A program made the position numbers and the translations under genes. A DNA stretch of 64,000 nt from Emiliania huxleyi CCMP1516 (taxonomy: Eukaryota), in NCBI RefSeq assembly GCF_000372725.1, contig NW_005201392.1, forward strand, positions 599,660-663,659, read 5' to 3'. This document shows positions 45,996 through 57,144 of this stretch, piece after piece (the first letter of the stretch is position 1; each line of letters begins with the position of its first letter). The notes under the pieces are model-generated. The model had not been told where the DNA came from and did no database searches. It saw nothing but the letters and a program-made list of their open reading frames with translations.

Positions 45996-48257
45996 CTAGC
46001 CCAACAGCGGGGCGATCGCCCTCTCCAGGTAGGCTTGCTGCCCATTGGCTGTCGCGAAGCCGTCCCACTCGTAGAATGGAACGCTGATCACCCTCCAGCC
46101 AGCCGCCCTGAGGAGGCGCCGCTTGAGCAGCGTTGGCCCATTGGGTTTGCGCACGCCCGGGCCGTCGGGCAGCAGGAAGTGAGAGGGGCCGTCCACCTCG
46201 ACAGCGACGCGTGAAGAGGGCAGCGCCAGGTCGAGCGAGTAGCCGGTGCGCGGCTCGAGATGCTCCTCCTCGAAGCCGTGCTGGACGGCGGCGAGGGCAG
46301 CCGCGACGGAGCGCTGTAAGCGCGAGATCGTAACTTCGGTGCCTTGCATGGCGTCGCAGCAGAGCTTGCGCTGGTACTCGGAGAGGAGGTGCTGCTGCCC
46401 GTCTGCTCCTCGCTCCAGGGAGAGCCAGAGCTGCCACTGGTGCAGCTGAGAGCGGACTTCCTCGCTCCACCTCGACGGATCCCGCGCGAGCGAGTCGCTG
46501 ATCACGCGCGAGCAATCGGCAAGAAGCGCCTGGTGATAATAGTCGGCCGTCGCATACGCCCACACCGTGTTGGACAGATCCTGCGGCTTGAAGCCAGCCA
46601 GCCCGCCGCGCACCGCCGCCTCCGCCACCGCCGCGTACAGCGCGTCCGCAGCCACGCCCGCCGTCGCATACGCCCACACCGTGTTGGCCAGGTTCTGAGG
46701 GTTGAAGCCAGCCAGCCCGCCGCGCACCGCCGCCTCCGCCACTGCCGCGTACAGCGCGTCCGCAGCCACGCCCGCCGTCGCATACGCCCACACCGTGTTG
46801 GCCAGCTCCTGCGGCTTGAAGCCAGCCAGCCCGCCGCGCACCGCCGCCTCCGCCACCGCCGCGTACAGCGCGTCCGCAGCCACGCCCGCCGTCGCATACG
46901 CCCACACCGTGTTGGCCAGGTTCTGAGGGTTGAAGCCAGCCAGCCCGCCGCGCACCGCCGCCTCCGCCACCGCCGCGTACAGCGCGTCCGCAGCCACGCC
47001 CGCCGTCGCATACGCCCACACCGTGTTGGACAGGGCCTGCGGCTTGAAGCCAGCCAGCCCGCCGCGCACCGCCGCCTCCGCCACCGCCGCGTACAGCGCG
47101 TCCGCAGCCACGCCCGCCGTCGCATACGCCCACACCGTGTTGGCCAAATCCTGAGGGTTGAAGCCAGCCAGCCCGCCGCGCACCGCCGCCTCCGCCACCG
47201 CCGCGTACAGCGCGTCCGCAGCCACGCCCGCCGTCGCATACGCCCACACCGTGTTGGCCAGGTTCTGAGGGTTGAAGCCAGCCAGCCCGCCGCGCACCGC
47301 CGCCTCCGCCACCGCCGCGTACAGCGCGTCCGCAGCCACGCCCGCCGTCGCATACGCCCACACCGTGTTGGCCAGATTCTGAGGGTTGAAGCCAGCCAGC
47401 CCGCCGCGCACCGCCGCCTCCGCCACCGCTACGAACAACGGGTGCACCACCCTCGCCTGCAGGCCGCTTTTTGCAACGCCGTGAGACACGTTGGCCAGCT
47501 CGCGTGCTCGGCACGAAGAAACCAGGTCGAGCGTGCGCTGCACCAGCTGCTCAAGCCGCCCCTCGTGCCGCCGCTCGATGCGCTGCTTGCCCAGTTTGTT
47601 CCACAGGTTCGCAGCGTGGATGTGGTTCAGGCTCGCGCTGTGGGCAGCAAAGAGCGTGAGCAGCTCGTCGGCGCCGCTGGCATGCGAGATACGGCCGCTG
47701 AGCTGCTTAGCATCGAGCTGACCTCCGGCAGCAGAGGTGTGCCTCTCGTCGCGCGATCCCGCACCACGCATCGGCGGACTCAACCGGCGGTCGCTGTGCT
47801 GAGGCTGCCCCTCGCCGCGGCGGTCGCGCCGGTCATGGTCGCGCCTGGGATCGTGGGACCGATCATCGCGCCGATCGTACAAGTCGCGCTCGCGCTCGCC
47901 TATGCTTGGTCGGTCGTTGCAGCCGCGCCGCTCAACGTGCCGCCCGTCATGATGCGGCCGTCGCTCGCCTCGCAATGGCTCGTCGCGCCAGCGCTCAGCT
48001 GCGTGTGGCTCAGCGTGCCATCGCTGCTCGCGGCCACTGCACCAAGAGGCGTTGTAGCCGCGCCGCTCGTCATGCCGCCCGTCATGGTGCGGCTCGCCTT
48101 GCCAACGCTCGTTGCGCCGTCGCAGCTCATCCCGCCGCGGCTCATCGCGCGATCGCGACCGCCGTCGCGGCTCGCCCCGCCATCGCCGCTCTTCGCGTCC
48201 GTACTCGGCGCGCCGTTGCTCAACACGCGAGCGACGCTCCTCGCCGCGGTAGGACAT
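45996..48257 (-). CDS. octotricopeptide-repeat (OPR-like, 38 aa) protein with C-terminal RAP domain, intronless
   Basis: Eight units of FNPQNLANTVWAYATAGVAADALYAAVAEAAVRGGLAG at a 114-nt period (46592-47390 = 7x114). RAP domain GYSLDLALPSSRVAVEVDGPSHF...TLLKRRLLRAAGWRVISVPFYEW. First ATG at 48257. Confidence 0.93.
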   Translation of the reverse strand: MSYRGEERRSRVEQRRAEYGREERRWRGEPRRRSRSRDEPRRDELRRRNERWQGEPHHDGRHDERRGYNASWCSGREQRWHAEPHAAERWRDEPLRGERRPHHDGRHVERRGCNDRPSIGERERDLYDRRDDRSHDPRRDHDRRDRRGEGQPQHSDRRLSPPMRGAGSRDERHTSAAGGQLDAKQLSGRISHASGADELLTLFAAHSASLNHIHAANLWNKLGKQRIERRHEGRLEQLVQRTLDLVSSCRARELANVSHGVAKSGLQARVVHPLFVAVAEAAVRGGLAGFNPQNLANTVWAYATAGVAADALYAAVAEAAVRGGLAGFNPQNLANTVWAYATAGVAADALYAAVAEAAVRGGLAGFNPQDLANTVWAYATAGVAADALYAAVAEAAVRGGLAGFKPQALSNTVWAYATAGVAADALYAAVAEAAVRGGLAGFNPQNLANTVWAYATAGVAADALYAAVAEAAVRGGLAGFKPQELANTVWAYATAGVAADALYAAVAEAAVRGGLAGFNPQNLANTVWAYATAGVAADALYAAVAEAAVRGGLAGFKPQDLSNTVWAYATADYYHQALLADCSRVISDSLARDPSRWSEEVRSQLHQWQLWLSLERGADGQQHLLSEYQRKLCCDAMQGTEVTISRLQRSVAAALAAVQHGFEEEHLEPRTGYSLDLALPSSRVAVEVDGPSHFLLPDGPGVRKPNGPTLLKRRLLRAAGWRVISVPFYEWDGFATANGQQAYLERAIAPLLG

Positions 48258-48589
48258 TTGTGACACGAGCGAGATAGAGCTCTAGACTGAACCCGGGTAC
48301 GCCGACGAGCCGCGGATGTTGGTCAACTTCGGCGTCTGTTCACGCGTATCCTTCCCGAGGCTGTGAGTGTGTGTGTGTGTGTGTCACTCACCCGAGGCTG
48401 TTCCCTCACTACTTTGTTTGTCTACTTTCGCGCTCGACGACGTTTCAAATTATTTTATTTACGAGGTGTCCCGAGAACGGCGGCATGCCCCGAGAACGGC
48501 GGCATTTGGCGGGGGGAACCAGGGAAGGTTCGGGTTAGATTAAGGCGTACGGCACTACGCTACTCCCCACCCACCCCACCCCCACCCTC

Positions 48590-48784
48590 TTACTTAGTGC
48601 CCCGCGTCTTCCGGCGGATCATCTTCTTGCACCAGTTGTACGATACGAGCGAGCGCAGCCGCGCAGAGGGGTAGCCGCAAGCAGAGCAGACCTTCTTCTG
48701 GATATGGAAGGAGGTCCTGCCGCAGCGGCGGCAGCGCGTGTGCGTCTTCTGGATCTGCTTCTTCAGCGCGTTCTTAGTGCCCAT
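48590..48784 (-). pseudogene. truncated inverted copy of RPL37 exon 1
   Basis: Identical to 55906-56085 apart from a 9-nt insertion ([10 protein letters not shown]). It ends GTK* and lacks the C-terminal third. The upstream region to about 49141 is also duplicated. Confidence 0.88.
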
Positions 48785-50027
48785 CGCTGCAGCTCAGGGA
48801 GGCGGCGAGACGCGCCGCGTGAAGCTGCTGAGGCGACGAGAGGCCAAGAAACAAAAAAATACGGTGGCAGCTCGTCTGTCGCCGCCTCCGAGAGCTCCAA
48901 GTGAAGCTGAGGCACGGAGTCGTTCACGCCCACGCGGCGTGAAGGCGCGAGCGAAGCTAAGGTGAGAGGCTTGACCTCATCAGTTTTGCCACGGAGCTGA
49001 GAGGCGATGGAGGCTCCCTTCCCCGGGTGCCCCGAGCTGTCCGCGTGGCACGCGCACTCGCTGCTGGCGAACCAGGCGCCGGATCGGCGCCAAGCCCTGA
49101 AGCGCTCGTCTAGCGGCGGGGACGACGATGGGGCCGCCAAACGGTCGAGAAACCGGGCAGAGGTCAGCCCGCCCCCGCCCTCCTTGCGGCGGCCACATCC
49201 GTTGCCCCCCGCCCCCTCCCCCTCCCATCTTACCCCGTCCGTCCTCTTCGTGGAGAGCTCGGCAGTCATCATGGCCTGTGGCATAGAGAACAGAACGCAA
49301 CTCCTCTGGCCACCGCTCATCATCACCATCTGGTCCTGCGGCAGGAGCGCCTATCATGGACAATCGGCAACAACGGCGTGCCCCCTCACAACCATCCGCA
49401 CCGCGACATGTACGATAACCTCCGCGCCCTCTCGTGAGCTCTTCGGCCGGCGCGGCACCGTGTGCTCGCGTCCAGGGAGGGTGCCGCTGCCCGAACGAGT
49501 GGTCAGGAACCTGCAGTGCCCTCCCAGTCGCGTCCCCTTTCGCCCCTCCCGCCCCCCCCGCCCCCCCTGCCCCTGCCGTCCCCCCCGCCCCCCCTGCCCC
49601 TCCCTCGCCATGAGTGGCTTGGCGCCGCTCGGACGGGGAGCGGAGCAGAGCCGGGGCACTTGCTGCACAGCATACTCACCCCTCCATGTCCTCTGCCTGG
49701 CACCCCACTGCCTGTTTTTATTGCACGCGCATGAGCTCAGCCGGTCAGCGTTTACTGTATTGTCATGTAATTTTATTGAAGTCGAAACCTGGCACAGTGG
49801 GAGGTGACCCTCAAGCGCTTCGCCCCCTCCGCGGAGGCGGTCGCTCGGGTCGGCTCTCGCCCTCGCGCCTCATTTGCTCATAGAGTACAGAGTCACTCCA
49901 CACAGTCACACGGCAACGCATCCGGATGCGGATCCGGCCCGCCGAGCCTGAGATGTGAGAGCGCAGCGGGCGAGCGGGCGCGGGGGCACGCACGCGCCAC
50001 GCCGAGCCCGAGGACACAAGTTGCGGC

Positions 50028-53000
50028 TCACGAGAGTACCGGCGCCGAAGTCAGCATCTTGTGCGCTCGCTGGGCATGCGGCCGCGGCAGCCCCGCTTTT
50101 TCCGGCCGGGTGGGGCACGGCAGCTTCGCCGCCGCCTGCCGCCGAAGGTGCCGAACGAGCGCCTGCGACATATCCGGGAGCGCGTCATGGTTGCTGCGGC
50201 AGCGACCGGAGATTGGCGGGGCGATCGCCTCGAGCGGCGTGGCCCCCAGCGCTGGTGCGAAGCTCTCGCCGCCGTGGCGAGGCGGCTTCTGCGATTGAGC
50301 GTGGCTCTCCTCGTCCCAACCGCCTCTGCGGCCCCACGGTTCGGCCTGCGAACGCTCTCGTCGCTCCGGCAGAGGCGCCGGCGCCGCAACCGGCTCCGCA
50401 AGCACCGGCGCAAGCCTCCACGATTCGGGCGTCGGCAGCTGTCCGCCGCCACAGCCGCTCTCCGAGCTCGGCGTCGGCCGGAGGCTCATCATCTCAGCGT
50501 GCATGCTGCGGGTCTCCGACACGAGCACTGCCACCTAAGGGTGAGGTAGCAAGAGATGACGTCAAACCCCAATACCGAGTCAGGGGAGGGGGAGGCTTTG
50601 CCGCCGCCTGCTTGCGTAGATCCAGCTCCTCCCGCAGCACCGCCATCTCCCGCCGCAAATCCGCGAGGAAGGCGAGAGCCGTCTCGTCCACCGCCGCCCG
50701 CGAGGAGGAGAGGGACGGTGCGGCGCCCGGAGAAGGGGAGGCGGCGCCCGAGGAAGACGCCAAGTCAGACACACACCCGGACGGAGGGCTCGCCTCAGCA
50801 GGGAGCGCCTTCCCACATGCGGCCGGCACGCCGCCGCTGCCGCCGACAGGCCCTGCCGGTAATTCTTGCATAGAGGTACCAGCGGAGCGAGCGACTTGGC
50901 TCGCCACACCACTCGGCGGTGCGCCGAGTGCTGCTGCTGCTGCTGCTGCCATGGAGTCTCGCCTCTGTGACTCTGCTGCCGCTGCGGGCGCGCAGACCCT
51001 CGAAGGCTCCTGCCCCTGGGGCGGCCGAAGCTGCTGCGAGCTACTCGCCCGCCGCAGCGTCGAGCGCGTCGCCGATCGCTGTTGCTGCTGTGTCTGCTGC
51101 AGCTGCTGCCATTGCATCTGCATCTGTTGCCATTGCTGCTGCTGCTGCTGCTGCCATTGCTGCTGCTGGTGACCGCTCGACAGCTGATCCACTAGCGACG
51201 GCACCGGCAGGGTCGCGGGATCCGGACCGCTCATCGGCCTCTGCTGCACCTCGCCCACGGAGCGCGAGAGGCTCGAAATCTCCTCGAGAGCGGCATTCAT
51301 CAGCGGCTCGCCCTGCGCGGCCCACTGCCGGGCCGCCTCAAGGCGTGACGGGCGAGCCAGTGGTGATGAGGCCTCGGGCTCCGAGACGCCGCCGCTCGAG
51401 TTGCATCCGTGCCGCGCGAGATCGAGGCGCGACGGGCGCGACGCCGGCGCGATCCGCCCGGGTTCTGAGTGGAGATCGTCATCCCTCATCCCCGGTGGCA
51501 GCCTGGCGCCGGGCCAGCTCACCGGCGCAAAGGTCCGGTGCGCAGAGTACAGACCACCCGCCGGTTTGCGACGCGTCCCCGCCGCTTGCTGCTGATCAGG
51601 CTGACTGCGCACCGTCCGCACTGGCGACGCCACTGTGCGTGAGGCACTGCCTGTGCCCCTCATCCGGTTTGCTACCTTTGCCAATGTTGACGGTTGGGCG
51701 TTTGGAGGCGGCGGTGGGCGGTGCTGCTGCCCCTCCCTCCTCGCGTACTGAGGCCGAAGCGCCCTGCGCGGGTCGTGTGCAAGCCCCTGCGTCCGCGACA
51801 GGAGGTACGAGGAGATGCTGTCTGGCCGGAGGCTGCCGAGGGCGTCGATGGCAGCTTGGCGGACGGCCGTGCCCACCGCGTCGCTCTCGTCTTCGAGCGC
51901 ATCGATGAGCTCGATGGCATGGCTGCGGAGGACGTGCGGGTCGAGTGCGGCGAGGCAGAGGACGGCCGCCTCACGCACGTACCTGCATCCAGCATGACGC
52001 GTGCGCAAGTCACACTTCACTTGGCTGGTTGTGCATGTGCACTTGTGGCAGATGAGAGGAAGCGTGTTGGACCCGTGGAGTGGAGCGCGCGCACCAGACG
52101 CCGTCGGCGAGCAGCTCTGAAAGCTGAGGCGCCACCGGCGCGAGGGCGGCCGGGGGGCAAGCGGCGAGGACGTCAAGGACCACGAGGCGGACGCCGGGGT
52201 CCTGATGCTTGAGCCGGAGGGAGAGAGCCTTGGCCTGCAGCTCGAGCGCCGCCGCGTCCTGCTTCAATTCACTCGCAGCGCGCCTAGACGCGCCGTTGGA
52301 TGTGTGACGTTTGTGCATCAACAACAGCAGCTGCGGGAGCGCAGTCGAGGTGTTCGCGCGCGCCAGCGGGTCCGCACGTCCTCCGACTCGAGCGCAACGG
52401 TGAGCGCCTAAACCAATCGTAGCACGCTCTTGGGTGCGCGCCTCGTCCGCCGACTCGAGCGCCGCTGAAAACACCTGAGGCGAGGCGCGCTGAAGCTCCT
52501 CGACAAGCCTTGCCACCTCCTCCGCCGTCACAGCGTGATCGCCGTCGCCCTCGTACTGGGAAAGCACCTTGTCCGTCGCGCGGCGCGTAACCGTAAAGCC
52601 GAGCTGTCGGTCCACCAGCATGAAGGTGCGCCGCAGGTCGCGCGCCCGGAGGACGCCCGAGCACTCCACATCGACGGCCTGGGTGATAGGGGTGGGGAGA
52701 GAGATGATGCAAGAGGGGAAAAGGGGCAGCCGGGCAAACGGCAGCGACTTACGGGTGGCAACAGGGCGTCTCACGAGTCTCTTGGGCGGAATGGCAACCG
52801 CCATCACGGCGGTGGTTCAAGGCAGGCGTCTAGGAGCGTCATGTCGACGACGTAGTACCTGGAAGGCACGCTGGACGACGAGAGGTATCCGCGGGTGCTG
52901 GTACCAGGAGGGCTTGGGCTTGGGCTTGGTCTTGGCAAGGACGCGCCTAGAGGCACATGCAGAGGTTGACACCTAGAGATCAGAACCACTCTCGCGCCGC

Positions 53001-54030
53001 GGAGGCGCGCCTCAGCTCCGCCACGAAAGCGCAAAACTCCTCCAAGTCGAGCGTCTGGCTGTTGTCCTCGTCGAACGCCTCCAGCGCACGCGCCGCAGCC
53101 TCCTCGGTGACCGCCAGCCGGAGCTCCTTCCCGATGCGCTCGAGGCACCTGCGGCAGTGATGCCACCCACGTAAGAAGATATCGCGCAGCCAACGACCCG
53201 CCGCTGAGCTGGAATGTGGAAACACCGCCGCAGCTCCGCCACATCGACGGAGCCGTTGCCTGCGCACAACGCAGTCGGGCGTGCGATGTCCCGCTTGCGT
53301 AATCGGGTGCTACTGACGCGCCGTCGGAGCGCGCGGACGCACTTTGGGGGACCTGGGTGGGAGTGCCCGCGGTTTCTTGCTGCGCACCGTCCTTGTCGAC
53401 TGCCGCGAAGGCCCGCCTCACCTCGGGCGGAATCTTTGACTCGAGCTCCGGTTCCGGTGCCGGTGCCTCCTCGCCCCCGTTGCCGGTGCCTGTTTCTGGG
53501 CTTGCGATCGATACGTTCTTCGCCGGCTTGGCCTTCTTTGGTGTACCGGCCGCTGCCGCAGCAGTGGGCGCCGCCAGCGTCGTAGCCATTGGCCGCCCGT
53601 CGGGGCCGATGCTCTGCTTCGCTGCCGACGGGGACGCCGCCGCCTTATGGGCGGCATTTTGCTCGGCCTGCGATGCCTGCTTGGCCGGGGCGGGAGAGCT
53701 GCCTGCTGAGGCCGCTTTCGCCGCGCTTGGCAGAGCCTTTGCCTTGTCTGCCTTCTCGGCGCTTGGCGCATTGGTACTCTGGGCATTGGCGGCGGGCGGA
53801 AGAGGAGCAAAGAGGTCCGTGGCGTCAAAGTCCGAGAAGTCCGACTCGCCCGATCCTCGGTCCTTCTTCTTGTCCCGCTTCTTTTTCTTCTTCTTCTTCT
53901 TGGCTGCCTTTTCCGCCGGCGGCTGCTGCGGAGGCGGCGGAGGCGGCGGCGGTGCATCTGGGTCGAGGTCGAACTCCATGCTGGTGTCGCCATCGCCGAA
54001 GAGGTCGAAAACGTCAAAGTCGTCATCCAT
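50028..54030 (-). CDS. multi-exon protein with EF-hands, HEAT-like repeats, poly-K/poly-Q low complexity (3' end uncertain)
   Basis: EF-hand loops VDKD|GNGSVDVAEL and FDEDNSQTLDLEEF, plus degenerate DVECSGVLRARDL and YEGDGDHAVTAEEV. HEAT-like LKHQDPGVRLVVLDVL and LEDESDAVGTAVRQAAIDALGSL. ATG at 54030. Confidence 0.75.
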
Positions 54031-54384
54031 CGGCCGACGCGTCGTCGTCGCGCACGGCGGCTGGTCTGAGCCGGCACACCGCGTGGCGCGGCGCCGAGGC
54101 GTAACCGCTGCTTTCAGATGAAAAATTCGCGGCGCCCTACACCAAGAGCCTTGCCCGCCAAAAGAAAGCCGAAAGCCAATTCCGCTTGGGCTCTCGGGGA
54201 GGCCTGCGGGCGGCTTTCTCTCGAGGTCTCCAGATACACAGAGCGGCCAAGAAGAAAATTGAAGAAGACGACCCGCAACCCAAGGCACCAAGAGCGATTT
54301 GGGCTCGGCAGCTTGTCAGCCCTCATTTTCCCAAGAGCCCGACAGCAAGAGCCCGAACCCCGAACGAAACAACACGCAATCCAG

Positions 54385-55379
54385 ATGCCGCCCAGCCTGC
54401 TGTGCCAACCTCCTCAGCACCGCCCGGCCGTGTTGCGGTCGACGCTGCTGCGACTGGCGCTGCGCTGCGGGCGAGTGCCTGCGAATAACCTCGGCAAGGG
54501 CATGCTCGTGCCAGGCAGCGAGGTGTCGCGGCAGGCTGACCGAATTTTCCGTGTGCTGTCGGTGGGACACGTCAAGCCCGGCAAGGGCGGCGCCTTTGTC
54601 CAGGCCAAGCTCAAGTGCGTGCTGGACGGCACGATCGTGCCTCATAAGTTCCGCTCGGCCGAGACGGTGGAGACAGTCGACCTCGACCCGGCGCGCCTCC
54701 CTGACCGCGCTGCACGCCGCCGGCATCACTCCACGTCGCCTGCGCTCGCCGCACCGCTCAGTGCCGGGCGCTTGCGCGCGACCACAGGCGGAGGACTACT
54801 CCCTGCTCTACACTGATGGTGGATTGGTGCACTTGATGCACGGCGAAACGTTTGAGCAGATCGAGGTGCCGAGAGAGGCCTTTGGCGAGCTGGCGGTCTG
54901 GCTGCGTGACGGGATGAGTGTGCGCGTCGCCAGCCGACAAGGTCCCACTCCGCTGCCGCCCATCCGTCGGTCCACTCTGCCTTCGCGCCCGTGCCTCTCC
55001 ATACCCGCGTCGCCACGCCCACAGCACGCCATAACTCCACAACACGGCATGGCCTCGCAGCACGCGTCCGATGCGCTTGCAGGCGTGCCGCTGCTCTTCA
55101 CGCTGCCGCCCCGCGCGGCATACGAGGTTGTCGAGACGCGGCTCGGCAGCAGAGAGGGCAAGACCGACGCGTCGAAGCCGGCGGCGAGCTTCTCCTGCTG
55201 GGAATGGCCTGCCGCAAGCACGCAGATGCGGCAATCTGACCGCACGGCACCCGCTTCGGCAGGTGCTCTCCAACGGCGAGGCGCTGCGCGTGCCGCACTT
55301 TGTGACCGTGGGCGACCGCATCCTCGTCAATACGGAGGACGGCACCTATTACGGTAAGGCGGGGCCAGATGAGGGATGA
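54385..55379 (+). CDS. efp: organellar translation elongation factor P, 4 exons
   Basis: HVKPGKGGAFVQAKLK, HKFRSAETVE, LYTDG...MHGETFEQIEV, KPAVLSNG...VPHFVTVGDRILVNTEDGTY. N-terminal leader of about 30 aa. Confidence 0.93.
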
Positions 55380-55905
55380 CGGCGAGGCCTGGTCACGTCT
55401 TTGCTCTGGGATTCCGTGATTAACACCGTGATAACGAAACCCCGCGTTTCTTGTGTCACGTGTGTGTTAATATCGACGGCCCACGCGGCCGTTTGGGCGC
55501 TGGCCTGTGTTTGGGGTTTGGCGGCCCCATCGTCCCCCCCTCGCCGCTGGACCGTGGACGAGCGCTTCAGGGCTTGGCGCCGAGGGCCGGCGCCTGGCTC
55601 GCCAGCAGCGAGTGCGCGTGCCACGCGGACAGCTCGGGGCACCCGGGGAAGGGAGCCTCCATCGCCTCTCAGCTCCGTGGCAAAACTGATGAGGTCAAGC
55701 CTCTCACCTTAGCTTCGCTCGCGCCTTCACGCCGCGTGGGCGTGAACGACTCCGTGCCTCAGCTTCACTCACACACACACACACACTTCACTTGGAGCTC
55801 TCGGAGGCGGCGACAGACGAGCTGCCGCCGTCTTTTTTTGTTTCTTGGCCTCTCGTCGCCTCAAGCTTCACGCGGCGCGTCTCGCCGCCTCCCTGAGCTG
55901 CAGCG

Positions 55906-56458
55906 ATGGGCACTAAGAACGCGCTGAAGAAGCAGATCCAGAAGACGCACACGCGCTGCCGCCGCTGCGGCAGGACCTCCTTCCATATCCAGAAGAAGGT
56001 CTGCTCTGCTTGCGGCTACCCCTCTGCGCGGCTGCGCTCGTACAACTGGTGCAAGAAGATGATCCGCCGGAAGACGCGGGGCACTGGACGTATGCGGTAT
56101 GAGAAGGATCTGCCTCGCAAGGCCAAGAACGGCTTCCGCGAGCAGGTTCGCTCGCCCCTAGCCTGCGGCGAGACGGCCAGCGCGAGTGGGCGCTGCGTGC
56201 TCTGCGCCAATCAGAGACTGCTGCTGCGCGGCTGCCGCCGCCGCACACCCTTCGTCCGTGCCGCCACTCCGCCGCCGCCGCCGCTGCCGTTATCGCCTCG
56301 CGCTCACTAACCCTCGCCTGTTGCGTGGCCTGTTGCTGCGCGCTTTACGCTGCCTTCGCCGCCCCTCCCCCCCACGGGAAGACGATCTGAGCGCCCCCCC
56401 ACCCTCCCCCCCCTGCTCGCAGACCCAGGCGCCCAGCCGGAAGAAGAAGGCGGCGTGA
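55906..56458 (+). CDS. RPL37: 60S ribosomal protein eL37 (divergent); join(55906..56145,56423..56458)
   Basis: [27 protein letters not shown] zinc finger, YNW, GTGRMRY, NGFRE. GT-AG intron at 56146-56422. Confidence 0.95.
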
Positions 56459-57144
56459 GGCGCAGGCAGAGCGGCTGCGGCGGCCCGACGGCGGGCGCTC
56501 GCGGCTTGATGTTGTGCGCATGCGTCTCCCGTCTCCTTCCTCTTTGTTGTGCCCTCTTCGATCTGGACCCGCGCGTCCGAGCCCGTACGCGCGCGACGCC
56601 CCGCCCTCGCCCCTCTTCGATGTCTGTCCGCGGCCCGTGCTGCGCCGCGGCGGGAGGGGGGAGGGGCGGGCCTCGTCGTCGCTCGCGAAAGCGCTGCGTA
56701 ACTGTGCAGCCGAGAGCCGTGGTCCGGGGGCTCGAGTATCACGTTTCATCTTCTGTCACGTTAGTCCGTTTGGGGGAAACAGAGGCTGGCACATGACCTT
56801 TGGAGCTAGTGACGGCACGCTGACAAGACCCACAGGCCCCGGTGGGCGGGGGGGGGGGGGACGGGTGTTCAGAGAGATGGTTCACCTCGGTGCTCGGACC
56901 TCGGTGGGTATCTCTGAGTCACAACGCTGACCTGAGGCGGCCTCTGTGCAGACCTGGTCAGAGCAGAGGTGCTGGCTGCTGCTCTGACAGTGTCACTGAC
57001 TCCCGCCGCCTCCCGGGCCCCCGCAGTCCGACCCGCAGTGTCCCCCTCTCGAGCGCCTGGCCCAATCTGAAAAGCGCCGGAGCCCAATCTGGCGTCTCCG
57101 CTGGCGCCGCCCCCTCCCAATATATGCGCGCGTTCCCGCCTCGG

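Noticed and set aside
46548..47430. 114-bp repeat array as a CRISPR-like array
   Set aside because: The units are contiguous, in-frame coding repeats with no unique spacers, and no cas genes are present.
46344..48263. 639-aa plus-strand repeat ORF
   Set aside because: It is the antisense shadow of the OPR-RAP gene.
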